Positions 49,334 through 57,051 of a DNA stretch of 64,000 nucleotides are shown one piece after another. Numbering within the stretch: position 1 is the stretch's first letter; each line of letters begins with the position of its first letter. This DNA comes from Ignavibacteriota bacterium. GTDB lineage: Bacteria; Bacteroidota; Ignavibacteria; UBA10030; UBA6906. A program made the translations under genes and the position numbers. The stretch is taken from contig PMJQ01000099.1 of the NCBI GenBank assembly GCA_003157485.1, positions 5,660 through 69,659 on the forward strand. The letters run 5' to 3'. The notes under the pieces are model-generated. The model had not been told where the DNA came from. It saw only the letters and a program-made list of their open reading frames with translations, and did not search any database.

Positions 49334-50803
49334 ATGGAAGAGATCATCCTTATTACCTATATGCTTTCGCTCACCGTGCTCTTCGTCTTCGGATCGCACG
49401 GGTTTATCATGATTTACTACTACCTCAAATTTCGGTCGAAAAAGCTTCCCCCCTCCGACGACATCGTAAGCTATCCCATTGTCTCGGTGCAGCTTCCGGT
49501 GTTCAACGAAATGTACGTCGTCGGCCGGCTTATCGATGCGGCCTGCGCGATGGTCTATCCGAAGGACAAGTTGGAAATCCAGGTTCTCGATGATTCCACC
49601 GATCAGACCGTTGAAGTCGTCGCCGGATACGTCGAGCGGTACCGGAAGCAGGGATTTGACATAAAGCAGGTCAGGCGGAAAGACCGGGTCGGGTTCAAGG
49701 CGGGCGCCCTCAGGGAGGGGTTGACGACTGCACGCGGCGAATTCGTCGCGATCTTCGACGCGGATTTCGTCCCGCGGCAGGACTTCCTCCTTAAGACGAT
49801 TCCCCACTTCGTCTCGGACGCCGGGATCGGCATGGTGCAGACCCGCTGGGAGCATCTCAATTCGGAATACTCGCTTCTCACCCGCACGCAGGCAATGGCG
49901 CTTGACGGGCATTTCGTCATCGAACAGTCGGTCAGGAACAAGGTCGGGTTTTTCATTAACTTCAACGGAACTGCGGGGGTGTGGAGGAAAACGTGCATCG
50001 AGGATGCCGGGAACTGGCAATCCGACACGCTGACGGAAGACCTTGACCTCAGCTATAGGGCACAGCTCAGAGGGTGGAGGTTCAAGTACCTCAACAACGT
50101 GACGTCGCCGGCGGAGCTCCCCTCGGAGATCAATGCCCTCAAGTCGCAGCAGTTCCGCTGGACAAAAGGGGCGATCGAGACCGCCCGGAAAATTCTTCCT
50201 CATGTCTGGAGATCGAAGCTCCCGCTGAAGATCAAAATTCACGCGACCTTCCATCTGACGAACAACCTGGTCTTCCCGTTCATCGTCCTGGCCGGCATTC
50301 TGAATGTGCCGCTCGTTTTTCTGAAACACTCGGGGCTGTACGACTCGTATTTCACGATGATGTCGGTCGGCGTGTTCGCGTTCATCGGGTCATTTTTGTT
50401 CTATCTGTTCTCGCAGAAGGATGTCTACGGCGACTGGCGAAGGCGGCTGTTCCTGTTCCCCGTCTTTATGGCGGGGAGCATGGGTTTTGCCGTCAACAAC
50501 AGCCGGGCGGTGATCGAAGGTCTCTTCAGGAAAAAGAGCGAATTCGTCCGCACCCCGAAATACAGCATTCGTGAAAAGTCGGACTCGTGGTCGGACAAGA
50601 AGTATGCGCCGGTCAAGATAAGCCCGACTGTGGTCGTCGAAGTCGTCCTGGCCGTATACTGCCTCTTCGGGGTGGTGTCCTCGATTTACTTCCTTGAAAT
50701 TGCCGCCGTTCCATTCCAGCTTTTGTTCTTTCTCGGATTCGCATTCGTTTCGGTCATGTCGCTGAAGCATGCCTGGCTAGGGCGCCAGGTCAAACCCCGG
50801 TAA
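49334..50803 (+). CDS. Processive family-2 membrane glycosyltransferase (QxxRW type)
   Basis: N-terminal TM, GT-A motifs (DDSTD, DADF) and the QxxRW motif (KSQQFRWTKG), followed by C-terminal TM helices. Confidence 0.8.
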   Translation: MEEIILITYMLSLTVLFVFGSHGFIMIYYYLKFRSKKLPPSDDIVSYPIVSVQLPVFNEMYVVGRLIDAACAMVYPKDKLEIQVLDDSTDQTVEVVAGYVERYRKQGFDIKQVRRKDRVGFKAGALREGLTTARGEFVAIFDADFVPRQDFLLKTIPHFVSDAGIGMVQTRWEHLNSEYSLLTRTQAMALDGHFVIEQSVRNKVGFFINFNGTAGVWRKTCIEDAGNWQSDTLTEDLDLSYRAQLRGWRFKYLNNVTSPAELPSEINALKSQQFRWTKGAIETARKILPHVWRSKLPLKIKIHATFHLTNNLVFPFIVLAGILNVPLVFLKHSGLYDSYFTMMSVGVFAFIGSFLFYLFSQKDVYGDWRRRLFLFPVFMAGSMGFAVNNSRAVIEGLFRKKSEFVRTPKYSIREKSDSWSDKKYAPVKISPTVVVEVVLAVYCLFGVVSSIYFLEIAAVPFQLLFFLGFAFVSVMSLKHAWLGRQVKPR

Positions 50804-50819
50804 GGATCAACAGAATCCC

Positions 50820-51512
50820 ATGGCGAATGCAGATACATCCCTGCGCGGAGGGGCGGCGACCCCTGCAAGCCCCTGGTTTGCACGGATCGCGGCCGACCTC
50901 CTGGACTCGGGGGATATCAAAGAAGCGCTCCGGATCTGCCAGGAGGGAACGCGCGTGTTTCCGCGGTACACGACCGGCCGCCTGGTGCTCGGGAGATGCT
51001 ATGAGGCTCTGGGGAGCCACGTCGAGGCGATGCTGGAATACAGGCGGGTGCTCGAGGTCTTTCCGGACAATACTCTTGTCCGGGATTTCCTGAAACGCGC
51101 TGATCAGCGGGAGCAGCAGGGGTTCGACGCATTTGCCGCGCAATGGCAGGCGAGGTTGCAGGGGAGGAAGGACCGGCTGACCTTCGAGGAATATGTGGGG
51201 GCTCCGAACCCTCCTGTCGGTCAGTCCATGGAGGAGATCATACAGAAGCTTGAAAGCGCTCCCCGGCGAATCCCGGTTCCTGACTCCCCGGCACCCGTGC
51301 CGGAGGGACCTCGCGAGGCGCCTGCGTCACCGTCGAGATTTGTGACGGCGACGCTGGCCGAGATCTACGCAAGCCAGGGGGAATACGATGAGGCGATCGA
51401 AGCGTACAGGACCCTTGCCGCGCAGCGCCCGGGAAGCGCAGAGCGGTACCAGAAACGGCTTGAGGAGCTTGAAGAGTTAAAGAGATTGCAGCAGGGATCT
51501 GCGGACGCCTGA
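50820..51512 (+). CDS. Tetratricopeptide-repeat protein
   Basis: TPR-like helical repeats (ALRICQEG...LGRCYEALGSH...; TLAEIYASQGEYDEAIEAYRTLAAQ). Confidence 0.55.
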   Translation: MANADTSLRGGAATPASPWFARIAADLLDSGDIKEALRICQEGTRVFPRYTTGRLVLGRCYEALGSHVEAMLEYRRVLEVFPDNTLVRDFLKRADQREQQGFDAFAAQWQARLQGRKDRLTFEEYVGAPNPPVGQSMEEIIQKLESAPRRIPVPDSPAPVPEGPREAPASPSRFVTATLAEIYASQGEYDEAIEAYRTLAAQRPGSAERYQKRLEELEELKRLQQGSADA

Positions 51513-51540
51513 CCGGAGTGACTCTTCCCGCCGGAAGGGA

Positions 51541-51819
51541 TCAGTGGGCCGGTGTGGGGGGAGCCTGCTCAAGGTGGCTGACGAGCGCCGTCAGCTTTGA
51601 CTTGAGATTTGCTGCCTTGTTCCGGTGGATGATGCCCTTGGAAGCAAGCTGATCGAGAAGCTTTACCGTCTTCTTCAAATCGGCCGCGGCCTTGGTCTTG
51701 TCGCGCGAATTCCGGATTCGCTTTATTTCCGTGCGCATCCGTGATTTCCATTCTGCATTGCGCTCCGCTTTCCGTTTTGATGTCCGGGCGCGTTTTTCTG
51801 CCGACTTGTGTTGTGCCAT
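51541..51819 (-). CDS. rpsT: 30S ribosomal protein S20
   Basis: MAQHKSAEKRARTSKRKAERN... basic 92-aa S20 signature. Confidence 0.9.
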   Translation of the reverse strand: MAQHKSAEKRARTSKRKAERNAEWKSRMRTEIKRIRNSRDKTKAAADLKKTVKLLDQLASKGIIHRNKAANLKSKLTALVSHLEQAPPTPAH

Positions 51820-52006
51820 GAAGCCTTCCTACAATGCTACAAGAGTTCGATCAAGGTCTGAAACCTCAAGATATCGAAAAGGGCGTAGAAAGTCAATAAA
51901 CCTTGCCTTTATTTCAACCCGGCCGTATATTTCAATTTCCGTCTGATATGGAGTTTCCCTCCCCCGTGCATGCGGGGAACGGACGGATCACGCTCCCGGA
52001 GGATCG

Positions 52007-52756
52007 ATGAAAGTCGTCGTCTGCATCAATCATGTGCCGGACACGGAAACGAAAATACGCGTGGCGCCTGATGGGATCACCATCGACAGGACCGGCGTGA
52101 ATTTCATGATGAGCCCGTACGATGAAATCGCCGTCGAGGAAGGGCTCCGTATCAGGGACCGATTCAAAGGGGACGTCACGGTCATCAGTCTCGGCCCTGA
52201 GGCCAACAGGGAAACGTTGCGAAAGGCGCTCGCGATGGGGGCAGACCGGGCAGTCCTCCTGCGGGACGACACGGCACGGGATTCATTTGCCACTGCCAGC
52301 GCCCTGGCAGCTGAGATCAAAGGTCTCGCCCCGGACGTTGTTCTTTTCGGCAGGCAATCCATTGATTACGACGACGCGCAGGTTGGGACACTCGTCGCCG
52401 GAATTCTTTCTCTCCCGTCCGTTGCCGTCGTTGTGAAAATGGAGATACGAGAAGGGGGAGAGGTTCTCTGCGAAAGGGAAATCGAAGGAGGGCACGAAGT
52501 CGTCCGCACAAAACTCCCTGCGGTATTTCTTGCTCAGAAGGGACTGAACGACCCGCGCTACCCGTCTCTCAAAGGGATCATGGCGGCGAAAAACAAGCCC
52601 ATCGAGGAAAAACCGGCGGCACCTGCGGAAATCCGCGTACACACCGTTGCCCTGCGCAAACCGCCGCCCAAAAACCCCGGCCGGATCGTCGGGACCGACG
52701 CCTCTGCGGTTCCCGAACTCGTTCGGCTTCTTCACGAAGAAGCAAAAGTCCTGTGA
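52007..52756 (+). CDS. etfB: Electron transfer flavoprotein beta subunit
   Basis: MKVVVCINHVPDTETKIRV... ETF-beta N-terminus; 249 aa. Confidence 0.9.
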   Translation: MKVVVCINHVPDTETKIRVAPDGITIDRTGVNFMMSPYDEIAVEEGLRIRDRFKGDVTVISLGPEANRETLRKALAMGADRAVLLRDDTARDSFATASALAAEIKGLAPDVVLFGRQSIDYDDAQVGTLVAGILSLPSVAVVVKMEIREGGEVLCEREIEGGHEVVRTKLPAVFLAQKGLNDPRYPSLKGIMAAKNKPIEEKPAAPAEIRVHTVALRKPPPKNPGRIVGTDASAVPELVRLLHEEAKVL

Positions 52757-52781
52757 TCCTCACCAACATCAGCCGGCTGAC

Positions 52782-53750
52782 ATGAACGTACTTGCATTTG
52801 CAGAGGAACGCGGCGGAAAGATCAAGAAATCATCGCTCGAGACCATTCGGGCCGGCCGACGGCTGGCGGAATCGCTCGGCGGGGAATTTGCCGCGGTCGT
52901 CATCGGCTCCGGCGTTGCCGCCGTCGCTCCCGGACTCGGCAGGTACGGTGCGGCGCGGGTTATCGCCGTCGACGATCCGAAACTGGCGCAGCATGCCAAT
53001 GCCGCGGTAGCGAAGGTCATTGCGGAAGTGGCGCTTGCTGAACACGCTTCTCTTGTCTTCCTTCCCGCGAGCCAGATGGGAAAGGACATCGCCCCCCGCG
53101 TCGCGCTCAGGCTGAACGCGGGACTCGCCCCCGATTGCATCGCCTTGCGCGCCGAGGGGGGCGAGATCATTGCGACGCGCCCCGTGTTCGCGGGAAAAGC
53201 CCTTCTCGACGTGCGGATCACAACTCCCGTGAAGGTCTTTACACTCCGGCCGAACACGTTTGACGCGGCGGAAGAATCCGGCGAGGCCCGGGTGGAGATG
53301 AGAACGGTTCCCCTGGAGCCTGCCGATCTTGTGACGACAGTGCAGGAGATGAAAATTGCCGCGGGGCGTCCCGACGTGACCGAAGCCGACATCATCGTTT
53401 CCGGAGGACGCGGGATGAAAGGGCCGGAGCACTTTGATCTCATTGAACGGCTTGCCGACGCGCTCGCTGCCGGAGTCGGAGCGTCACGCGCCGTCGTCGA
53501 TGCAGGATGGAGACCGCATGACGAGCAGGTCGGTCAGACCGGGAAGACCGTGTCGCCGTCGCTGTACATCGCGTGCGGAATTTCCGGCGCGGTCCAGCAC
53601 CTTGCGGGGATGTCGTCATCGCGGTACATCGTCGCCATCAACAGGGACAAGGATGCACCCATCTTTCAGATCGCCGACTACGGCATCGTCGGAGATGTGT
53701 TCGAGATCCTTCCGGCGCTCACCGAGGAACTGAAGAAGGCAGGAGCATGA
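52782..53750 (+). CDS. etfA: Electron transfer flavoprotein alpha subunit
   Basis: The start was revised to [20 protein letters not shown], and the C-terminal FAD-binding motifs are present. The track start at 52647 overlaps etfB. Confidence 0.9.
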   Translation: MNVLAFAEERGGKIKKSSLETIRAGRRLAESLGGEFAAVVIGSGVAAVAPGLGRYGAARVIAVDDPKLAQHANAAVAKVIAEVALAEHASLVFLPASQMGKDIAPRVALRLNAGLAPDCIALRAEGGEIIATRPVFAGKALLDVRITTPVKVFTLRPNTFDAAEESGEARVEMRTVPLEPADLVTTVQEMKIAAGRPDVTEADIIVSGGRGMKGPEHFDLIERLADALAAGVGASRAVVDAGWRPHDEQVGQTGKTVSPSLYIACGISGAVQHLAGMSSSRYIVAINRDKDAPIFQIADYGIVGDVFEILPALTEELKKAGA

Positions 53751-53819
53751 GAGAGAGTTGCATATTAGCCCTGTTTTGCCGTACGTTACTCATGACGGCA
53801 GTCAGAGAGCGAAGCGGAG

Positions 53820-54413
53820 TTGCGCGTGGATAAAGTGCTGGTGGATATATTGGGGTTGTCGACGAACCCGGCGAGCGGGGGTGCCTATGCGCTGATTCTC
53901 CGCGAGGTCAACGGGAACCGCCGGCTGCCGATCATTATCGGCGCTTCGGAAGCCCAGTCGATCGCCCTTGAGATGGAGGGGATCAAACCGCCGCGTCCGC
54001 TGACGCACGATCTGATGAAGAACATTATCACTGCCTTCGGCGCCGAGCTTGCCGACATCATTATCGATGACCTGCGTGACGGAACCTTTTACGCGAAACT
54101 GAACATCGACAATCAGATGATCGACTCACGCCCGAGCGATGCAATTGCGCTGGCGGTGCGTTACGGCGTCCAGATCTACGTTGCGTCCTCCGTCATGGAC
54201 GAGGCTGCCTTCGTTCCCGAAGAAGAGGACGAGGAGCAGCATCAGGCCCCTCCCGCCGCCCAGGCAAGCCCCAAGCAGCACCACCAACCTCCGGGAAAGA
54301 TCACCCGCCTCGAGCAGCTCAACCAGCAGCTGAAAGAAGCAATAGAGAAAGAAAACTACGAAAAAGCTGCTGCCCTGCGGGACGAAATCCGCAAGCTCGA
54401 GCTCCGCGACTGA
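53820..54413 (+). CDS. Bifunctional nuclease (DUF151) with C-terminal UVR motif
   Basis: DUF151 core (LILREVNGNRRLPIIIGASEAQSIALEMEG) plus a C-terminal UvrB/C-type motif (QLKEAIEKENYEKAAALRDEIRKLE). Confidence 0.75.
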   Translation: MRVDKVLVDILGLSTNPASGGAYALILREVNGNRRLPIIIGASEAQSIALEMEGIKPPRPLTHDLMKNIITAFGAELADIIIDDLRDGTFYAKLNIDNQMIDSRPSDAIALAVRYGVQIYVASSVMDEAAFVPEEEDEEQHQAPPAAQASPKQHHQPPGKITRLEQLNQQLKEAIEKENYEKAAALRDEIRKLELRD

Positions 54414-54437
54414 ATTCCCGCCTTCCCTTAAGAGATC

Positions 54438-55148
54438 TTACCGGACGAGGGCCAGCATCTCCTTGACGGCCCGATCAAGACCCACAAACAGCGCGCGCAC
54501 GATCACCGCGTGTCCGATGCTCACCTCCTCGATGTCCGCGAGCGTTCGGAAAGGAATCAAGTTGAGATAATTCAGCCCGTGCCCCGCATTCACGCCGAGC
54601 CCGAGTCCGCGCGCCAGGCGTGACGATTCCCGCACGGTGTCCAGGCGCGTGCGATGTTCTTCCTCCGTGCGCGCATTGGCGAAGGCGCCAGTATGAATCT
54701 CGATCGTGTCAGCGCCGGCCTGCTTCGCGGCCTCAATCTGCTCCCGCAGGGGATCGATAAAGAGGCTCACCCGGATCCCGTGGTCCTTCAGACGCGAAAC
54801 GACGCCCCGCACGCGCTCCATGTTCCCCCGCACATCAAGCCCCCCCTCCGTTGTCAGTTCCTGCCGCCGCTCTGGAACGAGCGTTGCAAGCTCGGGTCGC
54901 GTCGCGATCGCGATGGCGACGATCTCGTCGGTCGCGGCCATCTCCAGGTCGAGCTTTGTTTTTACGGTCTCTTTCAGGAGGCGCAGATCCCTGTCGTTGA
55001 TATGCCTCCGGTCCTCCCGCAGGTGGCACACGATGCCGTCCGCGCCGGCAAGCTCGCACAGATGTGCCGCTGTTACCGGATCTGGCTCGTTTCCGCCCCG
55101 GGCCTGGCGCAGCGTGGCAACATGGTCGATGTTGATGGAAAGTTTCAT
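54438..55148 (-). CDS. pdxJ: Pyridoxine 5'-phosphate synthase
   Basis: MKLSINIDHVATLRQARGG... canonical PdxJ; 236 aa. Confidence 0.93.
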   Translation of the reverse strand: MKLSINIDHVATLRQARGGNEPDPVTAAHLCELAGADGIVCHLREDRRHINDRDLRLLKETVKTKLDLEMAATDEIVAIAIATRPELATLVPERRQELTTEGGLDVRGNMERVRGVVSRLKDHGIRVSLFIDPLREQIEAAKQAGADTIEIHTGAFANARTEEEHRTRLDTVRESSRLARGLGLGVNAGHGLNYLNLIPFRTLADIEEVSIGHAVIVRALFVGLDRAVKEMLALVR

Positions 55149-56068
55149 AGGCGTTTTCGGACGATATACTGAAGATGATCCGGTCGTTTTGTCACAAGCT
55201 GGACGCCGGCGGGACAGGCAACTTCCGCATCGATGGCGCCGGTGGAGTCGGCGGCAATCTCCGTATACGATGTTTCAACGCGAAAGTCCGTTGCGCTGAG
55301 TACAGACAGCTGCCGGATTCCCGCCCGCACCACGATTTCGATACGCGGCGGGATAAGGATCACTTCCCTGTTCGCAGGCACGGCGGACACCTGCACTGGA
55401 AGTCCCGGGATGATCTTTTCGGCGAAGGGTTCGACGGAGATGGCGATGCGCACGGCGGGAACCGAGAACGCTATCTCGAACGGGTCGGCGGATGCTAGCG
55501 GGACTTCAGCGTCAAGCGAACCCCTGATGTTCTCGAATACCCGGCGCTCCGTCTTCCAGCTGTCAAGGCCGCGCAGAACTGTTTCCGCGCCGGTCAGCGT
55601 CACGCTGTCCGGGGCCACGGAAGTTGGTCCGACCTGTCCGTACCCCTCCCGGAAGCTCGCTAGGCAGTCAAGAACCACGGGAACCCGTTTGCGTACGGAA
55701 GTACCCAGCTCGATCCGGAGCGAATCGGGCTTGACGTCGAGGAGTCTCACTCCCGGGGCGAGGGAGATATGATCTGCAAAATCATTGAATGTAAGGGGCC
55801 GGCGGCTTGAGGGGAGCGATGCCGCAGAGAGGGTGATGACGGGTGCGCGCCCGAGAAGCACGCCCGCAAGCCGCCAGCCTTCCCCGCGGAAACGGAGCTG
55901 CAACGTGTGCGGGAGTGGCGTCTGCACTGCCATACCGGGGGGGATCTCCTGGAGCACGAACGGCACGGCGACGGTGGTTTCGTAGTCCTCGCGCATGGTG
56001 ACGGAAACCCATGCCAGCACGCCGAAGAGGGTGGAGAAAATCACGATATAAAGGGAGCGTTGCTGCAT
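55145..56068 (-). CDS. YbbR-like domain protein (CdaR-like)
   Basis: N-terminal TM followed by repeated beta-rich YbbR-like modules. Its stop overlaps the pdxJ start by 4 nt. Confidence 0.6.
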   Translation of the reverse strand: MQQRSLYIVIFSTLFGVLAWVSVTMREDYETTVAVPFVLQEIPPGMAVQTPLPHTLQLRFRGEGWRLAGVLLGRAPVITLSAASLPSSRRPLTFNDFADHISLAPGVRLLDVKPDSLRIELGTSVRKRVPVVLDCLASFREGYGQVGPTSVAPDSVTLTGAETVLRGLDSWKTERRVFENIRGSLDAEVPLASADPFEIAFSVPAVRIAISVEPFAEKIIPGLPVQVSAVPANREVILIPPRIEIVVRAGIRQLSVLSATDFRVETSYTEIAADSTGAIDAEVACPAGVQLVTKRPDHLQYIVRKRL

Positions 56069-56073
56069 CGGCC

Positions 56074-56114
56074 GGGGAAAACAAAAAGACCCCGCCGGAG
56101 AAAACCTGCGGAGT
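56074..56114 (-). terminator. Intrinsic terminator after the BMC-H gene pair
   Basis: On the minus strand an 8-bp stem with one G-U pair (GACUCCGC / GCGGGGUC) and a 12-nt loop is followed directly by CUUUUUGUUUU. It starts about 20 nt after the stop of 56133..56663. Confidence 0.5.
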
Positions 56115-56132
56115 CGGTCGTCAGAAGCGGGT

Positions 56133-56663
56133 TCAGTTGCCGGCCCGCTTCTTCATGAGTTCGTGAATGAGGACGTCCTTGTTTGCCATCGAGATCTCCC
56201 GTCCCTGGATGGAGAGACCCTCGGTATTCCTCGCGAGACTCCTGAGCTGGTGGACCGTCATAGTGTCGAGCTGCGAGCGGAATTCCACGTCGTCATCACT
56301 TGCGACAAAATCAAATTTCTCCTCATCCCCATCCGGAATCTCAGAAGGGGTCTCGCCCGGAACCGTCCCGGGCTCCGCACCGCGGAGCGCCCGCCGGGAG
56401 AGAATATCTTCGAGATCATCCGATGGGCGCGGGATGACGTGCGTGGAGACAAGCTCACCCACCCTCCGGGCGGCGGCTGCGCCAGCATCGACGGCGGCCT
56501 TCACCGCCGCCACCTCGCCGATCACCTGGACAGTCACCAGTCCGTTGCGGATATACTCCGTCCCCAGCAGGGAGACGTTGGCGGTCTTCATCATGACGTC
56601 GGCGGCCTCGATCGATCCGACGAGGCCGCGTGTCTCAATCATTCCCAGGGCGTAGTCAAGCAT
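56133..56663 (-). CDS. BMC-H microcompartment shell protein with ~85-aa C-terminal extension (acidic linker + Rho_N/SAP-like helix-hairpin)
   Basis: Residues 1-90 form a canonical Pfam00936 BMC domain ([30 protein letters not shown]...VHVIPRP). The tail (...[18 protein letters not shown]...[42 protein letters not shown]) fits the Rho N-terminal/SAP-like L..L..LA...G.......K.DLI..L pattern. Confidence 0.85.
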   Translation of the reverse strand: MLDYALGMIETRGLVGSIEAADVMMKTANVSLLGTEYIRNGLVTVQVIGEVAAVKAAVDAGAAAARRVGELVSTHVIPRPSDDLEDILSRRALRGAEPGTVPGETPSEIPDGDEEKFDFVASDDDVEFRSQLDTMTVHQLRSLARNTEGLSIQGREISMANKDVLIHELMKKRAGN

Positions 56664-56666
56664 GGG

Positions 56667-56963
56667 TCATTTTGCTGCGGGGCGCCGCGGGAGGATCATC
56701 TCCACATCGGCATGGGGACGGGGAATGACGTGAACGGACACGAGTTCGCCGACTCGCTGCGCGGCAGCAGCGCCCGCGTCCGTGGCCGCCTTCACCGCGC
56801 CGACGTCCCCCCGCACCATCACCGTCACATAACCTCCGCCGATGACTTCCTTGCCGATCAACTGCACCCGCGCCGCCTTCACCATGGCATCGGCGGCCTC
56901 GATCGATCCCACGAGACCTTTCGTCTCCACCATACCGAGTGCGTCTAATGAGATGTCCGCCAT
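56667..56963 (-). CDS. BMC-H microcompartment shell protein (PduA/EutM/CcmK-type)
   Basis: 98 aa nearly collinear with PduA ([30 protein letters not shown]...[43 protein letters not shown]). An AAGGAG RBS sits 3 nt upstream. Confidence 0.92.
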   Translation of the reverse strand: MADISLDALGMVETKGLVGSIEAADAMVKAARVQLIGKEVIGGGYVTVMVRGDVGAVKAATDAGAAAAQRVGELVSVHVIPRPHADVEMILPRRPAAK

Positions 56964-57015
56964 TGGCCATGTTCTCCTTGTTGAGTGGCGTGAGGCCCCG
57001 CGTCAGGGCACGGGG

Positions 57016-57044
57016 AATATACCCAAGGTGTTGCACATTGTCAA
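57016..57044 (-). promoter_or_regulatory. Near-consensus sigma70-like promoter (TTGACA-17 nt-TATATT) driving the BMC-H pair
   Basis: On the minus strand TTGACA (57044-57039) and TATATT (57021-57016) are separated by exactly 17 nt. The element is directly after the YfhO stop and about 45 nt upstream of the BMC-H RBS, and a short hairpin (CCCCG...CGGGG) lies in the leader. Confidence 0.45.
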
Positions 57045-57051
57045 CCGCGCA

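Noticed and set aside
49193-50329. 378-aa minus-strand ORF.
   Set aside because: Antisense to the QxxRW GT2 gene, which has strong catalytic motifs.
51513-51540. Short hairpin CTTCC-CGCC-GGAAG between the convergent TPR gene and rpsT, considered as a bidirectional terminator.
   Set aside because: Only a 5-bp stem with no U-tract on either strand; too weak to call.
52647-52781. Track start of etfA 45 codons upstream.
   Set aside because: It overlaps the etfB 3' end. [12 protein letters not shown] at 52782 is the typical ETF-alpha N-terminus.
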